The notes beneath the pieces are model-generated. The model searched no databases and was not told the DNA's origin. It saw only the letters and a list, made by a program, of their open reading frames with translations. The position numbers and the translations under genes are program-made. From Mayamaea pseudoterrestris (Eukaryota), in contig BROI01000001.1 of NCBI GenBank assembly GCA_027923505.1, positions 1,302,001 through 1,366,000 of the forward strand: a stretch of 64,000 bases of DNA, read 5' to 3'. Positions within the stretch are counted from its first letter, which is position 1. Every line of letters starts with the position of its first letter. Shown piece after piece: positions 21,528-31,507 of the stretch.

Positions 21528-24500
21528 CCCTCCTTGCTCGTATCGACGACCTTTCTGAAACCATTATAGATGAACGCAGCATGCCTCGTATGCGTCTCCT
21601 CCTTGCAATTCTTTGACGTTATATCAGCAGGGTTCTCTTCCGACTTGATGTACTCAAATTTGATCCGTTTCTCCGCCGTCAGCTCCGTCAGGAACCGATG
21701 CCTAATGTCAATGTGTTTCGTCCTTTGTCCCACTTGATTATTATCTGCCAAGAATATCGCACCAGTGTTATCCGCATGGATGATAGCTGGGCTTGGAGGA
21801 TCCTTGCCAATGATTTCCTTTAACAAGTTCGTCTCGAAGATGATTTCTTTTGCTTCTTCCGCTTGACCAACGTACTCGGCTTCAGTACTTGAAAGGGCAA
21901 CGCTTCCTTGTTTCTTCGACTGCCAACTAACCAAGCAGTTGCCTCCGACCGTTGTCAAGTTGCTATTGATGCTGCGCCGATCGTTCTTATCGGACGCCCA
22001 ATCAGTGTCGGTGTATCCTTCCGGGCGCAAGTTCTCTGGCGTCCTCAACTTCAATGGCTTGGCGTTATGCTTTAGATATCCCATCAAGCGTGCCAACGCC
22101 TTCCAATGCTCCTTTCCAGGATTCGCCAAGTGCGATGACAAGTCTCTAACCGCGTTGCTGCAATCTGGGTAGACCTTCCTCACAGCGAAGAGCACTTTGC
22201 CGATATGCTTTCGATACGCCGCCACGTTGATGATGCTTCCTTCGTTCTTCATCAAGACGCTCCCTCCTGCCGCTGGGGTTGGATAGAACTTGAGCTCCCT
22301 CCTGATATCCTTTTCGAACGCCGCTATCATCTCGTCGGTATACTGTTTCATCGAGCACTCGAAGTACACGCCGTGCTCGTCCGATTTCAACTCGTAGTCC
22401 ACGCCAAGGAATCGTTCCAACGGACCCAAGTCCTTGATCTCGACGTGCTGCTTGATCCAAGCTTTCAACTTGTCCGTCTCGCTTGTGTAGCCCGAGTTGA
22501 TAACGTCGTCAACGTAAACCGTCACGATCAAGACCAGTTCGCCGTCGACATGCTTTAGAAAGACGCACGGATCCGTCTTCGACTGCACCAAGTTCATGTG
22601 CTTCGCATCCTTGAGCAGCTTGATAAAGTACTGCTGCCACAGCCTCGACGCGTTCACTTGTCCATACTGGGTCATCGACAGACGAATGCAGTGTGTCGTG
22701 CGATTGAATGTCCTTCCTTGCGACGCGCAATAGTCTTCGTAAAGGACTGGCGCCTCGATGTACAGCTCCGTCTCCGCTGGCGCTTGCAAGAATGCCGCGC
22801 ATACATCGAACACTTCCGCCACTTTCCACATCTCCGTTCGCTTTGCATTGACTCGCTTGCCTGCATCCAACTGCTTCTTCTTGTATAGCGACACACCAAG
22901 ATGAGTGCGGATTGATTGATCGACGGGCGTCGACGCAAAACTCTCTTCAAAATCAATTCCTGGCACCATTTCGTATCCAAGCACGGTGTTGCTTACACGC
23001 GCTTCAATCTCCTTTGTGATCGGATTCATCTTGTACGTAAAGACGTTCTTCGTTCCAAGTGTCTTTCGATTGGGAGGACGAGGGACTTCAGTCCACGCTT
23101 TGCCATCAAACTTGCCATACTCAATGAACGTAGGTTGCTCCCAAGTGGCTCGATTCTGCTCATTGTACGCCTCCCTCCAGTTCTTCGGGACAGGCGGTGG
23201 CGACTTGCCTGAAACCACAGCAAAGACTAGATCTGCAAGGTTAACTGGATCCTCATGGTCACTTGTGATGGATCCTCCCTCCTCGATTGCAATCACGGGC
23301 GCGCCAGCCGTGCCATCCTCGCCGCTAACGTCGCCAACTCCGATAGGTGCGCCACCATGTGAAAGTTGTTCTCCAGCTTCGATCTCCTCCGTTAAATCAA
23401 CCACAGCTCCACGATCAATCACCTCGTTTAGTACGCGACCTTGCATCAACTGCTGTCCATGGTCAACTTCGATATCAGCAGCTGAATCCCTCCTCAAGGG
23501 AGCACCACGAGAACGAGTCATGATCGGTGAGCGCAGCGGCACATTGCGCGGCGGGCGAGGGCCAGTGCGCGCCGGCGCAGTCGTGCCATCATCCTCCACT
23601 TTTCCATCCGGAGGCATTCCACCATGACCAAAGCTCCCCAACGATTCATCGTCAGACTCTTCAAAGAAACCTTCTTCATTTCCATCATCGTCGTCTTCTG
23701 TACCCTTTTTAACGAAAGGATAGACCCACCGAACATCTTTTGTGGCAATCACTTTGCGTGTGGATCGCTTGTAAACCAAGCACGTTCCTGCAGCGTGGCG
23801 TGGAGCGTGTCCCACATAAAAGCATTCTTCCGCCTTGGGGACAAAATGGCGTTGATTCACCATGGGGATCTTGTAATAACCACGCGCTCCAAAGGGAAGC
23901 AGATTCTTTGCTCGCACAGGCACAGTCTCTTTGAAAGGGGTGTAAGCGTCGGTATATCCAAGGCGCGGAATCAAATTGTCCTTTACCGTCGCCAGCTCGA
24001 GGCAATTTCCCCACAACGCCATCGTCTCAGCGTGGGTCAACTGATTCTCCTCAGCCATCATACTTGCGTGTCCCTTGTTGCGGATTGTTGGAAACGCTCT
24101 CTCCACACGGCCGTTCTGCATTGGCGTGTGAGGCGCCGTCTGCTCTATCTTGATTCCTCGAACCAAGCATGGCTCGACAAGCAGCTCCCATTCTGGTGCG
24201 TTGTCGCAACGAAGAAAACGACAACGGAACTCCTTCGCCTTTAACCAATCAATCAACGCAACAATCTGCTCGGTAAACTCGTTCTTCTGAGCGCCAAAGT
24301 AGCTCCACTTGCGACGAGTTGCATCATCGACGATCAAGCACCAGTAACGATTCTTGCCGAGAGACTCTTTATACGGACCGCTCAAGTCGAGAAACAAACG
24401 CTCTCCAGGATGCTTTGCCTCTATCTCCGTCTTCTTCTTCACGTTCTGCGACTTAGCTTTCGCCTTCTCGCAAGCAACGCAAAAGTCCAACGTTCCGACA

Positions 24501-26542
24501 AGCTTCCAACCAAATTGTTTCGCCATGAGCTTTAAGTGCGACATACCAACGTGTCCCAAGCGACAGTGCGCCTCGTTGATATCAATTCGACGCATTGGCG
24601 GCGCCGAATCATCCGTCCCTTTATCAAGCGCAACACCAGCAGCTTCTCCAAGCGAAAGAGACAACGTGCGCTGCTGCGTCTGCTCGTCGCGCGAAGCTTC
24701 CAAGTAAAAGAGCTTTCCATCGGGGTCACGTTCAAAGTTTATTCCACGCTCCCTTCCCTTCGGTGTTGTCCAAGCGACTCGAATACGCTCCTTGCTAACC
24801 GACTTGACGAAGCATCCTTTATCCAAGAGCTTGCTCAAACTGATAATATTGCGAGGAAACTGCGCCATGATCGGTACCTCCGTCAAGACAAAACGAGTAC
24901 CATCTTTCGTCACAAGCGGCAAGTCTCCCATCTGAGTTGCCACGCAGCGAGTTCCATCGGCAATGATCAAGGTACGGTTGCAAGCTCTCAAGTTCACCAT
25001 CGCGTCAGCGCAATGGACTCCGTGCGTTCCGCTGCCCGAGTCCAGCATGTACTTGTTGTCGTAAGCTTCGTCGCGATCCGAGACTGCAAAAACCAAGTGC
25101 TTCTCCTCTTTGTCGACCTGCGATCCATTGGTAAGTGAATTGTTATTATCGATGCTCTCGTTCGGGCGCAACAAGACAGGCATCTCACTCGAATCATCGC
25201 TGTCATATCCACTCAGATTGCGAGGAACCAAGCTCGGAATTGATGATCCGCTTTCAGTGCTTTCGTCGTCCCAATTCGTGTCGCACGGGACCGAATCGCC
25301 ATCTTCGCTATCATTGAAGAAAGACCAGTCATCATCGTCTTCCTCAATCTCCATGGTCGAGCGCTGGTTGCTAATCCATTCGAGCACACCCATTGGCTCT
25401 CCATACGGGGCTGACGTCAGATGCACCTCCGTCGGCAACTCACACGATTCCTCTGACGTCACTGGCACCTCCATCGACTGCTCCTCCATGACGGCCATCA
25501 ACCAAGGATCCTCGTCTTCCGAGTCTTCCGCATTAGAGCGACTGCCTTGACTGCTGTTGCTCTTCTTCTTCGGGCACTTGCTAGCGTAATGACCCTTCTC
25601 ACCGCAAACGAAACAGGTAACTGTCTTCTTCTTGTCGCCGTTTCCTTTGCTGCCGCCGCCGCCATTGTTCTTCGCGTTGCCGCCTTTCTCACCCTTGTCA
25701 TCCTTCTTCTTGTCAGGACAATCGCGCTTGACATGACCAAACTTGTTACACTTGAAGCAGCGTTTCAATGGTGGCTTGCCAGGCCAAGTAGCTAAAGCCA
25801 AGTCGTCGCCTTTCTTGCCTCCCTTGCCGCCTGGGTTTCCGCTCACTTTCCACTCCTCGACAATCAACTCCTTAAAGTCCTTCAAGGTAAACGTTTCCTT
25901 CATAACGTTGCCGCGATGAGCCGAGCAGAAAGGCGCCCAAGCTGTCGAGCGCTGGAGACACTGGAAGATGGTCGACTTCTTCTGATTTTCGTCGTTCATG
26001 TACTTGGGGTCAACATCTCCCAAGCGAGTGTTGGCAAGCTCAAGATCCGCCAACCAATCATGCGCCGTTGTGTAATTCCCCGGGACACAGTCAGAGTACT
26101 CTTTCTGGAGCTGCGGGAGATCCGATATCATGTTGCCAGCCTCGAACTCTTCCTTCAGGAGCTCCCACATGGCAAACGCGGTAGTCTGCGCGCTAACTCG
26201 ACGCATCAGGGCATGATTCTCAATGCTATTGACGATAGCAGCTTGAGCTTTGGCGTTCATCTCATGGAGACGCAACTCTTGGGTAGTCGCTTCGCGAGTG
26301 GTTTTCGTCCCAGTGCTTCTCCCGTTCGAATCCTTCTCCTCCTCCTCAATTTCCATCATGAGGTACTCATCAGGACTCAACAACTTGTGCTTCGCCAACT
26401 TAGACAAGTCCTTGTTCACCGCACCGAGCGCTCCCAACCCTTCAATCAACGCGAGGATCTGCGGCTTCCAGTCCTTCCACGTCTCCTTCAACCCATTCCA
26501 CGGGACTTTGCGTAGGTTCTTGGCTTCCATGGTGCTTGGCAT
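21347..26542 (-). CDS. Copia Gag-Pol polyprotein (1731 aa)
   Basis: Two CCHC knuckles (CFKCNKFGHVKRDC, CFVCGEKGHYASKC), protease LDSG, HCRLGH..CVAC, integrase DLSGP/CDN/VER, RT FDVCAAFL and YVDD, RNase H TDTDWASD/EAEY/DN. Confidence 0.97.
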   Translation of the reverse strand: MPSTMEAKNLRKVPWNGLKETWKDWKPQILALIEGLGALGAVNKDLSKLAKHKLLSPDEYLMMEIEEEEKDSNGRSTGTKTTREATTQELRLHEMNAKAQAAIVNSIENHALMRRVSAQTTAFAMWELLKEEFEAGNMISDLPQLQKEYSDCVPGNYTTAHDWLADLELANTRLGDVDPKYMNDENQKKSTIFQCLQRSTAWAPFCSAHRGNVMKETFTLKDFKELIVEEWKVSGNPGGKGGKKGDDLALATWPGKPPLKRCFKCNKFGHVKRDCPDKKKDDKGEKGGNAKNNGGGGSKGNGDKKKTVTCFVCGEKGHYASKCPKKKSNSSQGSRSNAEDSEDEDPWLMAVMEEQSMEVPVTSEESCELPTEVHLTSAPYGEPMGVLEWISNQRSTMEIEEDDDDWSFFNDSEDGDSVPCDTNWDDESTESGSSIPSLVPRNLSGYDSDDSSEMPVLLRPNESIDNNNSLTNGSQVDKEEKHLVFAVSDRDEAYDNKYMLDSGSGTHGVHCADAMVNLRACNRTLIIADGTRCVATQMGDLPLVTKDGTRFVLTEVPIMAQFPRNIISLSKLLDKGCFVKSVSKERIRVAWTTPKGRERGINFERDPDGKLFYLEASRDEQTQQRTLSLSLGEAAGVALDKGTDDSAPPMRRIDINEAHCRLGHVGMSHLKLMAKQFGWKLVGTLDFCVACEKAKAKSQNVKKKTEIEAKHPGERLFLDLSGPYKESLGKNRYWCLIVDDATRRKWSYFGAQKNEFTEQIVALIDWLKAKEFRCRFLRCDNAPEWELLVEPCLVRGIKIEQTAPHTPMQNGRVERAFPTIRNKGHASMMAEENQLTHAETMALWGNCLELATVKDNLIPRLGYTDAYTPFKETVPVRAKNLLPFGARGYYKIPMVNQRHFVPKAEECFYVGHAPRHAAGTCLVYKRSTRKVIATKDVRWVYPFVKKGTEDDDDGNEEGFFEESDDESLGSFGHGGMPPDGKVEDDGTTAPARTGPRPPRNVPLRSPIMTRSRGAPLRRDSAADIEVDHGQQLMQGRVLNEVIDRGAVVDLTEEIEAGEQLSHGGAPIGVGDVSGEDGTAGAPVIAIEEGGSITSDHEDPVNLADLVFAVVSGKSPPPVPKNWREAYNEQNRATWEQPTFIEYGKFDGKAWTEVPRPPNRKTLGTKNVFTYKMNPITKEIEARVSNTVLGYEMVPGIDFEESFASTPVDQSIRTHLGVSLYKKKQLDAGKRVNAKRTEMWKVAEVFDVCAAFLQAPAETELYIEAPVLYEDYCASQGRTFNRTTHCIRLSMTQYGQVNASRLWQQYFIKLLKDAKHMNLVQSKTDPCVFLKHVDGELVLIVTVYVDDVINSGYTSETDKLKAWIKQHVEIKDLGPLERFLGVDYELKSDEHGVYFECSMKQYTDEMIAAFEKDIRRELKFYPTPAAGGSVLMKNEGSIINVAAYRKHIGKVLFAVRKVYPDCSNAVRDLSSHLANPGKEHWKALARLMGYLKHNAKPLKLRTPENLRPEGYTDTDWASDKNDRRSINSNLTTVGGNCLVSWQSKKQGSVALSSTEAEYVGQAEEAKEIIFETNLLKEIIGKDPPSPAIIHADNTGAIFLADNNQVGQRTKHIDIRHRFLTELTAEKRIKFEYIKSEENPADITSKNCKEETHTRHAAFIYNGFRKVVDTSKEGVVNSKSSRCSDRLKDEDELANDEWTEVTRKKPKRSKESNKVRFNLNCKKSLRQSTSLRG

Positions 26543-26581
26543 CTTGTCTTGAATCCTTTCTAAGTCGATCGTTTTAAAACG

Positions 26582-26954
26582 TGTTAGAAAGTACGGTTGT
26601 ACAATACCAAATAAAGACTCTGCAATTGCTAACGATACTCGATATTATGACCTTATTCTGCTGCAAACTACCATCGCTCCTCTCGCATCTTCAAGAGGTA
26701 TCCTCTTCTGCAACTTGCCTCAAGTTGCACTCAATATAGAGCATAAAGTAGCCATTCGGGCTGACGTTTGCACTTAACCACGTAAGCTTGTAGACTGACG
26801 CAAGCTCTTCTTGCAATTCAAGTTGAATCGCACCTTGTTGCTTTCTTTGGACCGTTTTGGCTTCTTGCGGGTTACCTCAGTCCACTCATCGTTAGCTAAC
26901 TCATCCTCATCCTTAAGTCGGTCCGAGCACCGTGAAGACTTGCTATTCACAACA
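26582..26954 (-). repeat. 5' LTR (373 bp)
   Basis: Matches 21155..21527 base for base on visual comparison. Confidence 0.97.
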
Positions 26955-27501
26955 AACGACATGGTCGGAACGTTGGCATCGCTTTCGTCGTCCGTCTCGT
27001 CAGACACCTTTCGCTGCTGCATGGTCCACGCATGAGCCGTCAGGACGATGCACTCGACCAAGAATCCAATCAAGACGCCGAGAAGCAACGAGACGGTGCA
27101 AAAGCTTGATTGCAGCTTCATGCTGGTCTGAGCGATGCGTCGTTGCTGCGAGTCGTCCGTGGTCGATGCGGCCTGCGGCAATGTTGGCTTCAAAAGGGGT
27201 TCCTCCATCATGGTGCTATTGTAGAGCGTCCGAGTAAATTCTTTGGAAGAAGTAAGTGTTTTGGCATGCATGCATGTTTGCTTTCGACCATGCCTTTTTC
27301 GTCCACGAAAAGTCTTGTAAAGAGGCGCATTCGTCCATGATGATGTTCAAATTCGTCGAGAGAAAAATCTCGTGGTGTCGTAGCGGTGTTCACCACATTC
27401 GATGTGTCGCGGCCTTGTAGCATAGCTATACATTCGGTGATAATAATAATCCTTGCAGTTACTTGGTATTGCACATATGTAATTATAATACAAGCCTTTG
27501 C

Positions 27502-28127
27502 TCACGTGGTACATTTTGTCGAGATCCATAGCAAGTACACACAGCTAAGCAACCATGACGCCCCTGCCACCGCGAAGAAACCATTCTTCGATTGCGCCAA
27601 TACTCCCCCGACCGAGGCCTGGAAAATAAAGTTTGCCACGGCAGGGGACGCTCCAAACAAGCTTCCTCCCCATACCAATGATTTATACGTTGGAGTAGGA
27701 AATGATGCGTCAAAAGAGGGTTCAATGCGCAGCTCATTGACAATGAGCGCGACAAACTTTGGCGCCTTGAACAGAATCAAGCCAAACGCAAGGAGCATCA
27801 TCCAACATATCAAGTATGACATGCAATCATCTTTATCCTCATTGTCATTGTCGCGCGTAGTTTCGTTCTTCAACAGCATTGAGCTGCAGCCATTCGGTGG
27901 CGAAGTAACAATCAGGGCGGTAAAGCCAACGACGCATGCCCATAAGAATCCAATGGCAATTCCAACGAACAGAAAATGACGAAATACGCCGCTTTCAGCT
28001 TGATGACATCGTCGTTCGAAAGGTTGTCTTGCACAGCATGACGAGTAGGCGGCTGTAAAGGATCGAGCTGTAAATGGTCGTTGTCGCTGCTGCTGAGCAC
28101 TTCGGAATGCTCATCAGGATCATCCAT
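27502..28127 (-). pseudogene. Paralog of the neighbouring membrane protein, with a single 1 nt frameshift at an A4 run (27973-27976)
   Basis: Adding one base joins MDDPDEH...AAYFVI to FLFVGIAIGFLWACVVGFT...MLLKNE..., giving a 208 aa ORF that resembles LLLGVLIGFLVECIVLT and FGIGSFCGVSLA of the neighbour. Confidence 0.6.
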
Positions 28128-29009
28128 GACACTTTTGCACAACGCAGACAATAAATACCATAACGTTTCACAGAGGAAACAAAGAATGTGGCAAGGCAAT
28201 GGCGTTGCTTTTCGCTGGAGGCTGTTCTTGGAAGCAACGACGAGTTGATGATGTCGTATCACAAATGTCTTATCGGTACTCAAATAGCGCGCCATGACTA
28301 CGCACGAGTAGATTCTCATTAACCATACTTCATCACCGGAAGGTATACCGGTACTCTCCTATACTCTTATAATACAAGAAGTGTATCATGTTTGACCATC
28401 AACATTCTCTCATTACTATCTCCTTCTGCTCGCAATGTAGGATGCAGACTTTTATATACAAACTGGCATTGCTAAATGCGGTCGAAGCAACACGTTTTTG
28501 ACTACACGTTTCACGTGCTGTATCGTAGCTCGGAACCGAGTTCGATTTGACGGCTAAAATGAACAGATTAGCACTATTCGATCGAAAAGCAATCACTGAG
28601 TAATGAATGAGTAGGTGCGGCTCGTCCGACGATTGGGAGGGTCAATTCAACTGGACGCGCCAACGCTGGGCAGATGGAGCCTTGCGCTTGTGATAAGAGA
28701 AAAGTGGCTAATGAAATTGATAGCTTATAGTGTTTTCGAGCAGCAAAGTCTAGTGCTGGATGCGAATTGAGGGATGAGCATGCGAAGAAGGTTACTCGCT
28801 CCATGTAGGAGCCATCCGTTTCGAATTACGACTTCACGTCATGTCTATATCATTGTCATCTCTAGTATACTCAAGGAATCCAGCATGAAGCAAGATCGGC
28901 TATAATTAGCTGGTATTCTCTTGTAAGTGTGATTGTCGTATCCTCCAATGTCGGTTCTCTTAGCCATCGTAACGTAAAAAGCAACGGATCGTCCACACAT
29001 TCACAATCT

Positions 29010-29411
29010 CTAATCGTTCTTCTTTTCAGTCGGCAACCCCAGCATGAGCTGCTCCTTGTTGACGGCACACTGCCTTTTGCATTCCGGCAAACATTCCATT
29101 CTCGACTTTTGCTCCGCGCCCTTTGGCTTGGTGCATTCGTACATGCACTGTGAAAGACAGCCTTCAAACTTGGGGTCCTTTTTTGTGCCTGCCAATTTGG
29201 CGTCCACCGACTTGGCGGAAACTGGTAGCGAAAGAAGCAGCAGGGATGATGCAGAAGCAATAGTGGATGCGAAGAATGCTGCACGTGATTGAGGTTGCTG
29301 CTGCTGTAAAGCGGGCTTTCCGTAATGTTGTGACGAAGACGATGATGGAGTCAAGGCTTCCGACGAAAGGATTGTTAAGCATGCGAGGAGAAGCAGCCGG
29401 AAAGTCTTCAT
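29010..29411 (-). CDS. Small plastid-targeted, probably thylakoid-lumen protein with two CxxxCxxxC motifs
   Basis: Signal peptide ending SEA-LTP (ASAFAP-like), Ser-rich transit region, SRAAFF plus hydrophobic stretch ending PVSA, then CLSQCMYEC and CLPECKRQC; conserved copy at 58132..58533. Confidence 0.8.
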   Translation of the reverse strand: MKTFRLLLLACLTILSSEALTPSSSSSQHYGKPALQQQQPQSRAAFFASTIASASSLLLLSLPVSAKSVDAKLAGTKKDPKFEGCLSQCMYECTKPKGAEQKSRMECLPECKRQCAVNKEQLMLGLPTEKKND

Positions 29412-30583
29412 TTTGTTACTTGTATATAAATGGGTATTGCTATGGGACTCTTGCTTGCAAAGTCACGTTGATTGGAAGACGAGAGACGACGACCGGAGTT
29501 GGCAAGTGTCATGGTGATTTGCGGCGCGCCATGCGGCCACTGACGTTTCTAAATGTCGCAGCAGTTATTATTTGGTAACGCTGCGACCTTCGCCGACCAA
29601 CGTCTCGCACCACGATGTTTCGGCCTTCTCAGCTCGTCCTTATTTCAAGCTGCCGACAAGCTTTTCAAATATAAGAATCGACTCTATAACGAACGGGCAA
29701 TACGCTAAAAAGCTTGCCTTTTCAACGGGTGTTTTTGTGGGAGTGCTGCAGCGAAAGGGATGCAGAATTACTGTAGCCAATCGAAATTAAAGAAGAGGCA
29801 GTCGAAAAAGAGCTTGGGTCGTGTATACTCCAGGACGAGCCACGCGAAAGGCGTTACTTGGAGTGTGCCGTGATGCCAGCTTACATAAGTAGACACAGTT
29901 TCTATTCACTGGTTCGGCAAAATTGATTGCCGTCGACCACCTCATTGGCCGATGCTGCTTCATTGGTAATCATGCATTCTGCGGCTGATGGTTGTTATCG
30001 ACCCATCGGACATCATCTAACAAGCATATGTCGGCGTTCTTTATGGCCTTGCTCGTCAAAGTCTGCGCCCAGTACCGACTTTCTTGTTGGCTGTAGTTGC
30101 AATGGAGTATTGCTTCGCCATTCTTTGAATATTCAGAAGAGCGCGTCGATTGTTCCAGGCGTCATCATCGGGCGTCACTGTTCACGTTTCCCGGACGGAA
30201 GCGGGAATCTACAGAACTCACTGGATGCTTTCGCGAAAAAGATTCGGTAGTATAAAAATTGGAGTAGTACGTGGCGAGCAAGTGTGACTCACATGAGCTC
30301 GGAGAAGTTATCGGCAGCTTTTCGATATCAAATCATTGAGTATTTCGTTGCCGGTTGAGAAATAGCACGAGGGAGAAGAACATGACGCGCAGTGTTCTAC
30401 TATACCCATGGTCTGATGCGTCGATTGACACATACATTGCCCAATTACATCTTCCCGCTTCCAGCGCGCCTATCGTAGGAAGTTCGGCATATTCGCCGTG
30501 TTCGAAGGAGTAGTCATATTTCACTCTTGTTTCCATTTCTTCGTCCGCAAACGATCCTTCACTTCCAAACGACACGAAGAACC

Positions 30584-31507
30584 ATGCGCACCTCAGCTTC
30601 GAAGAGAGGCAGCAAACGCACCAAGCGAGTCAAAAGCGTCAAGAGGCGCACGACGGACTTGGAGAAGGTCCATCATGACTACAAGGATTGGTCTGACACA
30701 AAGACGCTCAAAAGAAACGCCAAGAGCGAGCTCAAGACGAAGATTTCTGCGAGAAACACCTTTCCAATCGCCTTGTATCGCATGCTCGAATCGGCGGAGA
30801 AGAAGGGACAAGAGGATGCTATATCCTGGCAGCCTCATGGGCGCGCCTTTGTCATTCATGATCGCGACAAGTTCGCCAAGGTTTTGGCCAAACACTTTAA
30901 AACAAGCAGGCTGCAGTCATTCATCCGCAACCTGAACCTTTGGAACTGGACTAGAATCTCGTCCGGTCGGGACAAGGGCGCCTACTACCACCCACAGTTT
31001 CTCCGAGGCAAGCGGGAGCTACTCGAGCTGATTCGCCGGATTCCCAAAAAGGGAGTCGGGGTCCGTCTCCAGCCAAACCCTGAGGATGAGCCAGACTTTT
31101 GGCACGGACTTCCATGGGTCATTGACGGCGAAACTAAACGCAAGGCCAGCCGATCCAAGCGTCTTGCTGCGGCATCGCCTGTCGTATCTATGGAAGCTAC
31201 TCCAAGCGAGGAAGAAGTCGAGGAAGAGGATACTGCCCAAGACGTTGAGATTGACGAGATTCCAAGCGCAGCAGCCATTGCAGCCGATGACGTACCTGCC
31301 GACGTCGACGACGAGCCTCTCGTCGTACCTTCCTCCTGCTCTTGGATCTTTGGTGGTTCCTTTTTCGAGACGACAGTCACGGAGACGCCCTCCGGGCCAA
31401 CTCTGTTGGATTCCATTGTTCCAGCGGATATCAGCGTCGACAATAGTGCCGACATTGATGACATCGACTTTGACCAGGAGCTGTCCGAGTTATTCATGGA
31501 CATTTAA
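30584..31507 (+). CDS. Heat shock factor (HSF-type DNA-binding domain) transcription factor; start uncertain
   Basis: FPIALYRMLE..ISWQPHGRAFVIHD..F..L.KHFK.S.LQSFIRNLNLW.W.RI..GRDKGAYYHPQFLRG...RR, followed by an acidic C-terminus. Confidence 0.93.
   Translation: MRTSASKRGSKRTKRVKSVKRRTTDLEKVHHDYKDWSDTKTLKRNAKSELKTKISARNTFPIALYRMLESAEKKGQEDAISWQPHGRAFVIHDRDKFAKVLAKHFKTSRLQSFIRNLNLWNWTRISSGRDKGAYYHPQFLRGKRELLELIRRIPKKGVGVRLQPNPEDEPDFWHGLPWVIDGETKRKASRSKRLAAASPVVSMEATPSEEEVEEEDTAQDVEIDEIPSAAAIAADDVPADVDDEPLVVPSSCSWIFGGSFFETTVTETPSGPTLLDSIVPADISVDNSADIDDIDFDQELSELFMDI

Larger units (their letters stand above)
21155..26954 (-). mobile_element. Full-length Ty1/copia LTR retrotransposon (5.8 kb), probably a diatom CoDi-type lineage
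   Basis: Two 373 bp LTRs (TG...CA) that look identical; AACGAC target duplication at 21149-21154 and 26955-26960; polypurine tract GAGCAAGGAGGG next to the 3' LTR; single gag-pol ORF in PR-IN-RT-RH order. Confidence 0.98.
20707..27211 (-). pseudogene. Multi-pass membrane protein gene split by the copia insertion (5' part 27211..26955, 3' part 21154..20707)
   Basis: The two halves join to match the uninterrupted paralog 56525..57217 (DANVPT(M/L)SF|MIATSFAWALTT). Confidence 0.92.

Noticed and set aside
22986..26515. Antisense ORFs of ~200 aa within the copia element (env-like or extra gene)
   Set aside because: Shadow frames of the GC-rich gag-pol ORF with no recognisable motifs.
30120..30140. 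Heat shock element upstream of HSF (autoregulation)
   Set aside because: nGAAn spacing is imperfect and the central GAA is mutated in copy 2.
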